The notes under the pieces were generated by a model. That model was not told the origin of the DNA, ran no database searches, and saw nothing but the letters and a program-made list of their open reading frames with translations. Both the position numbers and the translations under genes were made by a program. A stretch of DNA of 64,000 nucleotides from Mobula birostris (Eukaryota): assembly GCF_030028105.1 (NCBI RefSeq), contig NC_092382.1, positions 34,752,246 to 34,816,245 of the forward strand, in the 5' to 3' direction. Below are positions 26,501 through 38,710 of the stretch, piece by piece (positions within the stretch are counted from its first letter, which is position 1; the number at the start of each line of letters is the position of its first letter).

Positions 26501-28749
26501 GATTCCTTTTTTCTGCAGGCATACTCAGCAAATCTATAAAACAGTAACTATAACATGATCAATGAGAGATCACCCCTAAGACAGTTCCCAGCACCCCAGC
26601 TCACAGGTTCCCGTGCAGATGCCAGATCTGCCAAAGAAGACAATGATCAGAGATCAGTGTTAATATTGCACCAAACAGCCGCAGGCCTGTGAGAAGAGGC
26701 AATTTGGTTTCTTTCCCATTGATACCTTCAATTCTGTGATGTTAGACCCAACAGAAGTCACCATATTTTTCCCACTCACCTCGTGTTCTTCCTTACTGAT
26801 GTGTCCCTCCAGTCTCAGCATTTTGGTGAGTTCTTCCACCCGTTCTTCAATCGCCTGTTTCAGTCTTTCCCGGTAGAATTTTGACAGCTGAAATAGTTGT
26901 TCATCGTTCCACTGTGAGATGTGCTCAGAGATTGTCGTCATAGGACCTGTGAATATGAAGGGTGAATTTAAACATGAAATGACTGTTGCCTTGACATGAG
27001 CATTACGTAGCCGGCCCAGTTGGCATTTGTTAACAGTGGCCACTCTGCAGTTTGCTCACGAAATATCTCAGCTCACGGTGTAGCTCCGAATCCAAAGATT
27101 CAGCAAAGACCAGATAAATTATTCCACTTCTCCCTCTATCCACGCCACTGCACTCCAGACTCAGAGCAGACACCACACTCCTCTTTCTCACATGCCAACT
27201 GTCCGATATCTCGGGCCCAGCCTCCCCGTCTCAGCCATTGTCTGATCCTTCTGAGGCCATCGGTATGAATACTGGGCTCCATCCTTTAGATACGGGATCA
27301 CATATGACTATCTGATCAAAAGTTTTCAAAGTTACAATTAGATAGTCAGCGACTGCCTTACTAGTGGCACCGACATCTGATAAATGATTAGATTTAGTAT
27401 TTACAATGTTCAATTACCAATACCACCAGTAATAACTATTCCTCAGAATCTCACCTCTATCAGAATAACTAAATATCTGTTTAAACAATTTAATTCTGTC
27501 CATAGACTGAGCAGAGGAGCAGGATATTCCACCTGAGTTGTTTTTCACACTGAACACTAACACTTACTCTCTCACCAGCTTCCATTTTTATAATTTGTTT
27601 CAACTGCAGGTCTTTTCATTTCTCTTGCCGCAGGGCATTGCTCCATGGAGAATTATGTCATTTGTCCTATTGAGTCTTCTCTGCCTTTTTATCATGGCCC
27701 ATCCATTTTTTCCCTTTCAGTTGCAAATTCCTGGCTTCTCCCTGTATCTTTTCCTGGCACTGTAGTCCATCGTGATTTCTTTGCCCATTCTGCAAATCTA
27801 AGTCCTTTTGTAGCTTCCATATGATCTCAAGTGTACTTATCCCTTCACCTATCCTCATGCAGCCTCAACTTTGCAAAAAAAGCTATCAATTCCATCATTG
27901 AAACCAATGACATATAACGTAAAAAGAACCAGTCCCAACACCACCCTTTATTCCCGCATTTTGCCACCTGACAATAAGCCACTGCTTTATGCATGCCAGA
28001 ATATTTTCAACTGCAATACCATGGGATCGTAGCTTGTTAAGCAGCTTCACGTGTGGCATGTTGTCGAAAGCCTTCAGAAAATCTAAGTACACAACATCAA
28101 CTGATCCTACTTTCTCTATCCTGCTTTTTATTACTTCAAATAATTCCAACAGTCATGGTTTTACCCTTAAGGAAACCATGCTGACTATGGCCTATTTTAT
28201 CATGTGCCTCTGTACCCCTGAGAGCTCATACTTTGCAATCAACTCTAACATCGTCCCAAGCTCTCAAGTCAGACTAACTGGCTGCTTATTCTGGCTAATC
28301 TCATTGCTGTCATGCCCCAACTAACGTGTCTGACCTGCCATTCACGATCATTTCATTTTGCGTGGTCTCCTGGATTACATAGAACCCTAAGATATAGGAG
28401 CAGAATTAGGCCATTTGACCCCTCAGCTCTGCTCCAGCATTTCATCATGGCTGATCCATTTTCCCCTCAGCCCCAATCTCCTGCCTTCTCCCTGTATCTG
28501 TTCATGCATCGGACAGCCCAATTAATGACAACTATTTGAAAGTTCCTGTTTCCCCTGTAGCTGTAATTTGTGCTCTACCCCTCCCCTCAGTTCAGATTAT
28601 TTACCCTCTCTATAAAAATTCATTTTCACAAGCCAGATGCTCCTCAATTGTCAGGAGCAACAATTATATATTTAAAACATTGGTAACACACCCTTGTCCT
28701 TCCTTGTTGACATCGCTAGATCTTCTCTTATCGCTGCGACTTCATCCAT
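12400..28749 (-). CDS. NLR-family innate immune receptor (CARD-like + NACHT + LRR), 12 coding exons, 1098 aa predicted
   Basis: Exons 28749-28692, 26946-26780, 22566-22395, 22301-22236, 18047-16247, 15104-15012, 14842-14672, 14448-14278, 14142-13972, 13770-13600, 12790-12623, 12487-12400. All introns are GT-AG with matching phases; total 3297 nt, no internal stop found. Confidence 0.85.
12623..12790 (-). CDS. NLR LRR exon (168 nt)
   Basis: LHSNGLTDSCTESL...LKILDLGGNSFTD; phase 2-2; GTGAGT donor. Confidence 0.85.
13600..13770 (-). CDS. NLR LRR exon (171 nt; missed by ORF track)
   Basis: LWDVALTDSFSEDLAIALKTNCSLKLLSLGDNNIGDSGVKRLSEVL; GTAAGT donor. Confidence 0.85.
13972..14142 (-). CDS. NLR LRR exon (171 nt)
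   Basis: LCRIGLTASGAEYLASAL...LDYNNLGDSGVKL...CKIQKL. Confidence 0.9.
14278..14448 (-). CDS. NLR LRR exon (171 nt)
   Basis: LKNNSFTASCAKNLACIL...LELDNNKLEDSGVKLLSEAL...CKIQEL. Confidence 0.9.
14480..14580. repeat. Purine-rich/(GA)n microsatellite in an NLR intron
   Basis: gagggggagagagaggg...gagagagagagagagagagaga. Confidence 0.9.
14672..14842 (-). CDS. NLR LRR exon (171 nt; missed by ORF track)
   Basis: LGNNCITASQTAILASALIKNRSVTELDMKDNRLGDTGVKKLFGVLNNSECKIQKL. Confidence 0.9.
15012..15104 (-). CDS. NLR first LRR exon (93 nt)
   Basis: ttcAG| LTNNELGEGDSAMNLISVALREQDCKIQKL |GTAAG. Confidence 0.85.
16247..18047 (-). CDS. NLR NACHT exon (1801 nt)
   Basis: Walker A GVPGIGKT, Walker B LLFIFDGLDE, sensor-1 VLVTTR, winged-helix FPHLTIQEF, FLRFVAGL. 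Confidence 0.97.
18990..19780 (+). mobile_element. Rex1/Babar LINE 3' fragment
   Basis: KELVVD...YKYLGIRIDNKLEWSKNT...LYFLRRLRSF...SFLPVAIKL; AATAAA followed by (tatgac)n tail. Confidence 0.9.
20413..21370 (+). mobile_element. Solo LTR (958 bp) in an NLR intron
   Basis: TG...CA termini, 4-bp TSD ATGG (20409-20412 and 21371-21374), TATA-like gataaaa (~20737), AATAAA (~21283). Confidence 0.85.
21375..21893 (+). mobile_element. Non-autonomous retroposon with (aatct)n tail
   Basis: AATAAA followed by aatctaatctaat; no coding potential recognised. Confidence 0.45.
22236..22301 (-). CDS. NLR linker micro-exon (66 nt)
   Basis: aaacAG| GADIPEYMNISEGLTELPPQLK |GTAAG; phase 1-1 bridges the neighbouring exons. 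Confidence 0.8.
22395..22566 (-). CDS. NLR CARD-like exon B
   Basis: EVTELVRKRNRPEGSNVFFTLVMGKGSRAQKVMWEAFVKM; the KG...W motif matches a death-fold C-terminal half. Confidence 0.8.
23735..24365. mobile_element. Penelope-derived non-autonomous element remnants
   Basis: EQRLIS*LCSL*PD C-terminal motif, pyrimidine tract and terminal repeat motifs. Confidence 0.55.
24387..25700 (-). mobile_element. CR1 LINE fragment
   Basis: FADDTKIDGGVDSAEE, QHGFCKGKYCMKNLLEFFEE, LGLYSLEFRR; tail at ~24390. Confidence 0.85.
26780..26946 (-). CDS. NLR CARD-like exon A
   Basis: cacAG| GPMTTISEHISQWNDEQLFQLSKFYRERLKQAIEERVEELTKML...EEHE |GTGAG. Confidence 0.8.
27650..28290 (-). mobile_element. Decayed CR1 RT fragment
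   Basis: VDVVYLDFLKAFDNMPHVKLLNKLRSHGI. Confidence 0.8.
28692..28749 (-). CDS. NLR putative first coding exon
   Basis: Acceptor ttacAG at 28781; ATG at 28749; MDEVAAIREDLAMSTRKDK G|GTGTGT gives phase 1, matching the next exon. Confidence 0.6.
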
Positions 28750-30506
28750 GATGGAGATCAGCGTTCCAATTCCTGGTGTTCTGTAAGAGATGGAACATTA
28801 ATAAGATGATAAGGAAATTATTATGAGAAGAAAAACATTATCCTGAAAACCCCTACGCACATTTCATCCACTCTTTGCCTGTTCAAGCACTTTCAAATCC
28901 CCTGGAGCACAGCCCCAGTGGGCTACACACTGTCCGATCTCCTGGGACCTATCCTTTCTGGATTATAATCCAGATGATCACAGAGGGAATCACTCATTAC
29001 ACATATTTTCGGACCACGGACCACACCCCACACCCTTCCCGTCCCAGAGCCCATACAAGTCTCCAGAGGAATGTTCTGCTCACGTCATGCAGAGGGAATC
29101 ATAGACCCGGTTCCTGATCTCAACGGCCCCTATAGTATGTAAACAAATCAAATACATTACACTTCATACTTGAAGCTATTTTTAAAATGTAGCCTATTTC
29201 AGTGAACACCCCCCCTCCCACCCCAACCTCATCGTGCATTGAAGTACAAATGTAAATACACTGAGGCAGCGGTGAGTTAATTTGCTTCATTCACCCACAC
29301 AACCTTCAGAAAGCTTGCATGGAATTTCCCTCCTCAACTTGTTTTCCTATCTCTTCCCATGAGGTCTGCACTTTCCTCTGGGGATGTGCAGACCCCTCCC
29401 TTTCCCCGCCCAGATAATAGCATTATTCTGCCTATGTCACCCCACAATTGCGAATGACTCATCGATCCGGCCGATTCCAACCAGCTGCTCCAGTTTTCAC
29501 TCTCCTTCCCTAAAGTTTACCTTGTAGCCTGATGTGTTTAGTTCTTGTTCTCTCTTGTTGTGTGGGCCTTGTGGCTTGTTATTTTACACTCTATTATTAA
29601 AGTTTTCATTCACCGCTAATTGTTTCTGCTGCCCTTCTTTTGGGTCAAGCCTTCTCTATATTTCCTCACCCTTGCTACAGCCTTGGATTATTTTATTTCC
29701 CAAAAAAGGGTCATCGTTTTAAATGAGTTCTGTGCCAGAACTTTTGCGTACCTGCCACGGTAGATAGTTCCACAGTGTTTCTATTATCTGAGTGAAGAGA
29801 TTTTTCCTCACTTTGTTGCTAAACCGTTTGCAGGCTATCTAGTGACTAGACTGCCCAGCGAAGTATTTTGTAGACATGTTCCAGTGCGGGATTCCACATT
29901 GTATAAACATTTTAATGGGGTCCCTTCCGGCTTCTAAACATTCAGCCCATTTAGTCTCTCACAATACACCAACTCGACTTCTAAATCCTTTATTACATCA
30001 TCTCCCTGTCTGTAGGGTATCATCTTTTTGAGAAAATATATCAGAATTTTCTTCACACTTCAGATGTGATCTAATTAAAAGTTCTCTAGGATTGTACCCT
30101 CATTGCCTGCGGTATTTGTAGGTGACATTTGCACTGGGACTGGAACAGTCAGGACCATTCTGACAAGATCGTTACCTGGCCCTTTGTCATTTCAATAAGC
30201 ATTCACAAGTCCTGTTCCTCACTTTTCTTCCTGTTAATCAAGATTTCGCTCACTCGGATAATATCCTCGTGCGTAATGGCATTGTAGCAATTCGTGGCGA
30301 AAAATTTACCGACCAACACGTTTTGGGAAGACATATGGAGAATGTGTAAACCGAAATGGAGAATGCGAAATTTACAGATTGAGTCCGTGGCAAATAAAAC
30401 CATGCAAATACAGTGTCTCAGAACCTTGCCAGGGTTGTGTGGAGTCTCCCAGTGTGTCAGGATCCGGCCAGGGTTGTGAAGGGTCTCAGAGTGTAGCAGA
30501 ACCGTG

Positions 30507-31130
30507 CCATAAGACCCTAAGTTATAGGAGCAGAAATAGGCTAATCATGGCTGATCCAATTCTTCCAGAACCTATCTATCTCTGCCTTATAGACTCTTGA
30601 TTAGCCAGGGCATCAAAGGATATGGGGGTGAAAGCAGGAGAGTGGAGATGACTGGCAAAATTGGATCAGCCTATGATTGAACGGCGGAGCAGACTCGCTG
30701 GGCCGAATGGCCTACTCTGCTCCTCTATCTTATGGTCTTATGGTCTTAAATACAGGCAATGACTTGGCCTCCACAGCTGCTCGTGGCAATAATTCCACAG
30801 AATTACCACCCTCTGACTCAACTAATTCCTCTGCATCTCAGTTCTAAAAGGACGTCTTTCAATCCTCTTGTCCTAGAATCCCCTACCATGGGAAGTAACT
30901 TTGTCATATCTAATCTGTTCAGGGCTTTTAACATTCGGAGTCTTTCTATGAGATTCCGCAACCCCACCCCCCCCCCCCCACCCCGCATTCTCCTGAATTC
31001 CAGGGAATACAGCCCAAGAGCTGCCAGACTTTCCTGATACGGAAATCCTTTCATTCGTGGAATATTTCTCGTGAATCTTCTCTGAACCATCTCAAATGTC
31101 AGTATATCCTTTCTAAAATAAGGATTCAAT
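30507..31130. mobile_element. Minus-strand CR1 3' fragment with a nested plus-strand CR1 tail
   Basis: PYFRKDILTFEMVQRRFTR...LGLYSLEFRRMRG (-); + strand tail tcttatggtcttatggtctta at ~30730-30748. Confidence 0.75.
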
Positions 31131-32743
31131 GGTGCGTGTCATCTTACAGTGTGAGGTGCGACTGTGTCAGGGCTCTGCTAGGAGTGTGCAAGTTCTCTGT
31201 TCAACGTATTCGGGCGAGATTGGGAGCGAAGGAAAAGACTGATTGTTGAAATAGTTACTTTACAGAATGTGACAGCGGTAGAAATGATGTTCTTCAATAA
31301 GCAGGAAGAGAATCTGTTTAGTTATTAGAAATAGGTGTGGGCATTCCATTGCCGTGCCTGTTTCCTTAGCAAATAACAGAAAGAATAGTGAGGACCAAGT
31401 TTGCAGGCAATTTGTAGCGATGTACCAAATCCATGGTGCAGGGAAACTGAGGGGCTTTATTGTCTGAATTTGGACGAGAAAAACAAATACAGAGGTGACA
31501 GAAACGTGAGCACTGTGTAATCTTCCTGATTCGTCTGTCTCTGGTCCCATATAAAAAATAACATCTGTGGATTTCTTTTTCTTGGAAGTGAGAGCGGCTG
31601 AACCACGGTTTTGGCCAAGACTCCTTACGTTTCCGTCCAAGAGCTTCTAATAATCAGATGAAAATGGGCTGCTTTAAGATTAATAGTTTTTACGATGTCT
31701 GTCTTTACTACACTCTCTCCTCTGTTAATTGTGCAGTTGTGTGTTTCAGCTCAGTCTGCGATTATGAAACTTTAAAATCGCTTGAGCCCATGCACTGTCC
31801 CAGGGTCCGTTTTCACAGACACAATGTGCTTACCGATGTAGAGAGCTTCTCATCCACACGGTCACAATTTAGTTAATTGCAATATTATTGAGAGATATTT
31901 GGAGTCCTTTGCACCTTTTCTTGCTGCAATCCCACAACACTCGGTTTCTCTGTCCTAATTCCCATCTCTCACTCTTCCACAGTGTCCATCACACAACACC
32001 GACACACATGAATTTCAGGTTCCGTGGACTGTGCTGAGGATTATCAGCGAGATCAGAGATTGTCTGTGAAGAGTAACAGTGAACATATTGGGGACTGACA
32101 GATTCACACAGAGAATGAGAAGTAAATGATGTGCTCTGTAATGGGATCACACTGAGCAGTCACCCGGACGGGTGCTGATCCTGTCTGTTCATGGACTGTA
32201 CATTCTGAGTGCAGAGCACACGGAGAGACATTCACCGTGAACCTGGTCCACCAGTCAATGAGATCCTGGATGGTCTGTGACTCGTTTCATTGACGTGCCT
32301 CCAAATCCATAAATCATTCCTCACCAGATTTGACGGTGTAAAACAGAAGTCAGAAAATAGCGATCACAAATGAAGAAAGAAGTCTGGAAGGGTTTTATAG
32401 CAGAGTGATTAGTTGCAGAGAAGTTGCAGAAATGATGATGTAAATCATCTCCTCAGTCCGCCAGTGTCCAACATGACATCGGATTACCGGCTGACACCTG
32501 TTTCCTTTCCTTTGCCTTTTCCAGTGGAGGTTTATTCAATGATTACACATTACAACATGGCAGTATTCCCCGATTCACACTGTTTGCAATTACAGATTGT
32601 AACACAATTATCTCCACCCAGAACAGAACATACTCGAGCTCCTGTGGCACCCACTGATAATGCCCCGGTTCTCATTGACATCTTAACGGTCTTCCCAAAC
32701 CGAAACTTCCTGTCATATTTCCATTGAACACTAAGTCTACACA

Positions 32744-32842
32744 ACTGAACTGATTCTCGGCCGTTAACGTCAGGCTTACTTCATGCACCCCTCCTTCCAT
32801 GTCCTGCTTCAGCCTGTCCCGGTAGAAGTCCGTCAACTGCTG
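32744..32842 (-). pseudogene. Truncated NLR CARD-like exon remnant
   Basis: QQLTDFYRDRLKQDMEGGVHEVSLTLTAENQFS aligns to in-window exon A (QLSKFYRERLKQAIEERVEELTKML); splice sites lost. Confidence 0.7.
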
Positions 32843-33619
32843 CACAGTCACACAATACCAAATTTCGCTCTCTCTATGGATTGTGTACTATGCCGGGCTT
32901 CTCCGGGATGTCTACTCGCTATACTGCAGGCAATTCCCTTTTAGGAAACAATCTTGTGTCTTAGTCCGGGAGCGATGTGTCAACAGAATGACAAGGCAGG
33001 TTGAGCAGACAGCGGTCACTGCTTTGGTCCTCCTACCACTGGTGGCGCTATGGTGAGTAATGGACAGCTGTTACAGCAGTGTTGGGTGAAACCTTTCTGC
33101 TGACAATGGAACATCTATTCCTCTCGTCACTGAATTATACAGATTTCTCAGTCATACCTGATTCTCACCGTCTCCTTTCAGTTTAACGTCGCCTGGCATT
33201 GACACCTATGGCAATATAAGATTTGAGTCTATATAGAAACACTCTGACATCCTGAACAATGCAACCTTACCCATAGCATCGTGACATCTTGTCCTGTACC
33301 GCTATACGTTCTCCGGCGGGATTTTAAGATGATTATTATCGCCTAAACGCCGGTCAATATATCTTTGAGCATGTCACCTGGTTACTATCAGATAGTTACA
33401 TGACACCTTGTTAAACACAATGCAGGCACGCCATACATCTAAAACAGCAAGTTGAGAAACATCTTTAACATAAATAAAACAAACTGCTGGAATTATTCAA
33501 CAAGGCAGTCAGTATGGTAATATTTCAGATGGAAGACCCTGTTACAGAGCTGAGCCTGTGTGTAGGAACCATGTATCTATTTTCTATCTGTATTGTATTC
33601 TGCGTTGCGCAATAATGAT

Positions 33620-34075
33620 TTTTTTTGTTTCTCAATCCGTTCCACAACATTCCGTTCCCTCCCATTCACTACATCAGTCCCACCCTGGTCTGACAAGTGC
33701 ACCAACGCTCCCTTGTTCAAGTTGAAATCTATTTTCCATTTCTAGGCCCAGATCCATAACTGACCAAGATCCCTTTGAAATTCATTGCAACCTCTTGCAA
33801 TATCAACCAGACTCCCAAATTTAGTATCAAACTTCCTAATCGTGCCATGTACATTCATATGCAAATCAATGGCATGAGTAACGAATTAACGAGGTCTCGC
33901 CACTGACCCACACATCTGACTCGTCAGAAGCCTTCCTTCACAAAATACATCTTCAATCATCACACTCTGCTTGCTGTCATCGAGCCCGGTCTGAATCCAC
34001 CTCGCTACCGCCCCGTGAATCCCACGTGACCTAACCTTCCAGTTCATCTGCCGTGCGGGATCTTGTTAGAGGTTC
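33620..34075 (-). mobile_element. Old CR1 RT fragment
   Basis: Reverse complement gives W..VARWIQT and EQGSVGALV-type CR1 motifs; heavily degenerate. Confidence 0.45.
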
Positions 34076-34829
34076 GATTCCCATCCCGGTCCAATACACA
34101 ATTCAGACCCAAACTGGAATTGTGCTGTTTTCATTCAAATCACTTCTATACTTACAAACACAAATTTCTATTAACATTCCTCCGGGACTTCACAGGACAG
34201 GAACACTGAAACATCAAGTATGAGGGACTGAATGGCAAGAGGTGGCCATTCCGCCCCTCAGACCATCAACAAGATGGCGGTTTCTCTTCAGTCTTAGCCA
34301 CATGTTCCTGTCTGATCACCATTTCCCCGATCCCTTCGGTCTCCACACATCTGCCGACCTCTGTTTTATGCGAAGACGATCAATGATCTTCATCGTCCTC
34401 CAGGAATCAGTCTGCTGAACCTCTAAAACAGATACTCTCTAACCTCTTAGATAATCCTCCATGGTATTAAATACTATCTTCTGCAGCCCCGTGTTGCCCC
34501 AACCACTCACCTCCCATTCCTGTCACTATTTCCACCTTCCCACCTCCCCCCATCACCTGGATCCACCTCTCACTCCCCAGCTCTTGCCCCATCCCCACCC
34601 CTCACCTCTTTTCTCTGACTATTTCCTGTCCACTCTCAGTCCAGAGGGAGGGTCTCGGCCCGAAATGTTGACGGTCCATTTTCCTCCACAGATGTTGTCC
34701 GACCCACTGAGTTCCTCCGGCAGTTTGTTCTTTGGTCTATGTAACCCATGTTAGTATGGGGAGCACATTATTCCAGGTACAATCTCCACAAAACTCAAAC
34801 AACTGTTACAGTAATTATCACACTTCAAG

Positions 34830-36210
34830 ACGAGGAAGTTTGCAGATGCTGGAAGTGCAAAACAATGGACATACCATTCTGGAGGATCTCAACAGGTGGG
34901 CAGAAAGGAAAAGAAGAAACTGTTGACGATTCAGGCCATAAACCTTCTTTGGCACTGAGAAGTAAAGTAGAAGATATCTGAATCAAAATGCGGGATGGGG
35001 AAACGGCCAGCTGGAGGGTGATAGATGAAGTCAAGTAATGGAAAGGTCAAGGGCTGCAGAAGAAGGAATCTGGAAAGAGGGGTGTTGTCAATAGGAGAAA
35101 AAGAAGGAGAATGGGAACAAGGGGAAGTTATAGGCTGGTGAGCAGAAGTGAAGGATCAGAATGGGGAATAGAAAGAGTGGAAATTTATTTATCGGAAGGA
35201 GAAATCAGTATTCATACCATCATACCAGAGGGAACATAAGGTGTTTTTCAACACGAGAATGGGGAGGGAGGTGTAAGAGATGACCCGATTTATGCGCAAT
35301 AACTATTACAATAAATACTACAAAAGGCTAAGAATCGAGACGTGGGAACGGGAATGCCAATCGGAGTTAAAATGTTAGGCCAGTAGGAAGACCCGCTATT
35401 AGGTTGAAGTTTGTCCGGATGGAATACAAGGCAGTGCTCCTCATGGGAAAGTGGAGCTGGACTAGGTTATACACAGCAACTATTACAATAAGCACAAGAA
35501 GAGACTATGGTTCGAGACGTTGGGATGGGAATGGGAATCGCAATTAAATTGTTAGTCCGCGAGGAAATCCAACTTGTGGCGGATTATGCAGAAGTGTTCA
35601 ACGAAACGGCTCGCAATTTACAACGGTTCTCACCAATGTCAGGAGCACCAGACAGAATGTTGGACGGCAGCAGATTCAGAGGTGTTTCCTCACCCGGCAG
35701 GACTGTTTGAGGCCTGAATGGAGGCGAGGGGCCATGGGGAGGGGTGGTTCTATCACTTGCGCCACTTGCAGGGATAAGGGACTGGAGTCGGGAGGGTCGA
35801 ATAATCAGGACAATCGCGGAGGGAGCGATTGCTGTGGAAACAGGGTGCTGGGGTGGGAAAGATATGTTTAGTAGTAAGATCTCTTTGGAGATGGCGGAAT
35901 TTGCAGAGATGGTAGGAACGGACAAGACGAACTATCAGTATTACGGCAGCGAGAGAACAGGTTGAGCGCGGATGTACGGGAAATAATGGAGGTGCGGGAG
36001 AGGTCGCAACGTTCTCTGATGTCTTGACGTGGAAAGCCGCTTCCTCGCAACAGACGCGGTGGAGGAGAAGAAACTGGGACAAGGTAGGAGCCATTTAACA
36101 GGGGATAGGGAGCGAAGGGCATTCTCGGCATAACCATGGAAATCTGTAGGTTTATACAAGATGACGGCTGACAGTCTGTTACCAGAGATGGAGACAGAGA
36201 GAAATCAGGT
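34830..36210 (-). mobile_element. Penelope-like element remnant (RT thumb, GIY-YIG region, terminal repeat)
   Basis: YKPTDFHGY; SQFLLLHRVCCEEAAFH; LQRDLTTKHIFP...NRSLRD; GENRCKLR. Confidence 0.75.
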
Positions 36211-36559
36211 AAGTGTCAGATTTGGATCAGCCTGTCCCTAATAACCCTTACCATAAATACAATGCACCTTTGACCACCTTCCCTAGCTACTGCACCTCAG
36301 TCCATCATCATTTAAATATAATCAGCATTTCCATTTCTCCTACAGAAGTGGGTGATCTCACATTTCCCACATTAGGCTCCAGCGGACCTGTTGTACCCAC
36401 TGACCCCTTTCACCATTGTTACCCCGAAACTTCTCGACCATGGAGAGCAGTACTGCACAGCATCCGGCCTAACAGACTGCAATTTTGTGCCGAGCCAAAT
36501 GAATTATTTATGCAATGGCCAACTGAACTGATTCCGTTGTGGACCACAAATTGCAGCGG

Positions 36560-37900
36560 GAGATAGAAAATGCATGCCAAAAATACGAAGTTACGATAGT
36601 CAGGGGGGGATTTCAATCTGCAGATAGATTGGAAAAATAAGGTTGGTGCTAAATTCCTGTAGGGAGAACTTCTAGAATGCCTACGGGATGGCTTTTTAGA
36701 GCATCTCGTGGGTGCGCCTCGAAGGGGATAAGCTATTCCTCATTGGGTGTTGTGCAATGAACCAGAATTGATTGGAAACCTCAAGTTAAAAGAACCCTTA
36801 GGGACAATTGAACATAATATGATCGAATTCACCCTGGAATTTGAGAATGAAAAGCTAAGAGAAGATGCTTACAGTGGAATAAAGGGAAATACAGAGGCAT
36901 GAGAGAGGGGTTGGCGAGAAGGATTACATATTCGCACTGGCAGAGATGATGACACAGCAGCAGTGGCTGGAATGCAGGGAATAAATTCAGAAGGCGCAGG
37001 ATATATACATCTCAAAGAGGGGGGCATTCCTCAAGATTCAGGAGAGAAGAGATGAGGACAAACTGCTTTTTCCCAGAGAGTGGTGAATTTGTGGAATTCT
37101 CTGCAAGGGAAGCAGTTCAGACGTCTTCACTAAATATATTTAAAATACAGTTAGATCGATTTTGGGTTATGGAGAAAAGGTAGGTAGATGGAGCTGAGTT
37201 TATGGACTGATCAGCCATGATCTTATTGAATAGCGGGGCAGGCTCGATGGGCCGTGTGGCCTACTCCTGTTCCTATTTCTTCTGCTCTTATGTTCTTATT
37301 CTGAAGACATAATGACACAAGCTTGACTAACAAGAGAAGTCAAAGTCAACATAAATTCAAAGAGAGGGCATATAATCGAGCAAAATTTGGTGCGAAATTA
37401 GATGATGGGGAAGCTTTTAAAAACAGCAGAAGCCAATTAGAAAAAGAGTAATTATGTAGGCAAAGATAGGATACGAAGGTAAGCTAGCCAATAATATTAA
37501 AGATGATGTCAAAAGCTTCTTTTGCAACATCAGGTGTAAAAGAGAGGCGAAAGTGTACATCAGACCGCTGAAAAAATATGGTGGGGATGTAATAATGCGG
37601 AACACGGAAAATGCGGATGAACTGAATTAACATTTTGCACCAGTCTCCACTACTACACTCTCAGTATACCGGAAGCTGGAAATGTGTCGGGGGCAGAGGT
37701 GCATCAAACTGCATTAATATGGAGAATGTTCTTGGGAATCTGAGAAGTCTAAAGGTAGCTACCTCAACTGGACCGCATGGTATACAGTTCAGGGTCTGAA
37801 AGAGCTGGCTGAAGAGATTGTAGAAGCATTGGTAATGATCTTTCCAGAATGAATTGATTCTCAGATGGTTCTGGAGGAACGGAAAACTTCAAATGTCACT
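36560..37900 (+). mobile_element. Fragmented CR1 LINE with nested CR1 tail
   Basis: GDFNLQIDW; WVLCNEPELIGNLKLKEPLG; nested tail at 37065-37300. Confidence 0.7.
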
Positions 37901-37994
37901 AGCCTCGAAACTCCCTCTGCTTATTCTTTTCCATAGATGCTGTCTTGCCAGCAATTTATGTAGTGTCTGCATTCTATTACTTCATTCAAAGCAA

Positions 37995-38710
37995 AATCTG
38001 ATATCATAAATGCCAGTGGTGCTTCACTCCCGGATGAGTTTAACAAGTTTCATGAACGCTTTGAAAGCCAGATTATAAGTACAGATGTGAGGATCCCTGC
38101 AGTATCTGATATCTGTCTTACAGGCCGATGTCAAACAGCCTTCCAAGATGGTGAACATTGGCAAGCCGACAGAACCCGTGAGGTACCTGGTAGGATTCTG
38201 AGAGCCGTGCCAACGAACTGGCGGGTGTGTTTAAGTACATTTTCAATCTCTCATTTCTACAGCTGGCAGTTCACACCTGCGTCAAAAGGGCAACAATCAT
38301 ACCCGTGCCCAAGAAGAGTGGCGTCAGCTGTATTGCAGACTATAATTTATAACACAAGCTATTGCGGTGAAATCTTTGAGAGGTTTGCTATGGCTAGAAT
38401 TAGCTGCTCCCTCAGCAAAGAGGTCCATTGCATTTTGCCTGTATCCACAGTAGGTCACGTTGTGATCTCATGAGCTCGTCACGCGGCTTTGTATTACTTT
38501 GACAATGCGAGTACTTACATCAGAATGCAGTTTATCGGCCGTATCTCAACGAGTAACGCAATTATTCCTACAATTTCTGATCAAGAAGCTCAAACCTCTG
38601 GGTCTTTCTACCTCCCTCTGCAACTGGATCCTCGATTTCCTCACCGGAACACCACAATGTGTGCCGATCGGAAATAAAGTCTCCACCTTACTGACAATCA
38701 ATACAGACGG
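37995..38710 (+). mobile_element. Decayed Rex1-type RT fragment
   Basis: [33 protein letters not shown]. Confidence 0.7.

Noticed and set aside
29250-29680. Caspase p20-like reading (EEI*..LDPKEG, SGYKV, LLSGRG)
   Set aside because: No SHG or QACxG motif; similarity too weak to support.
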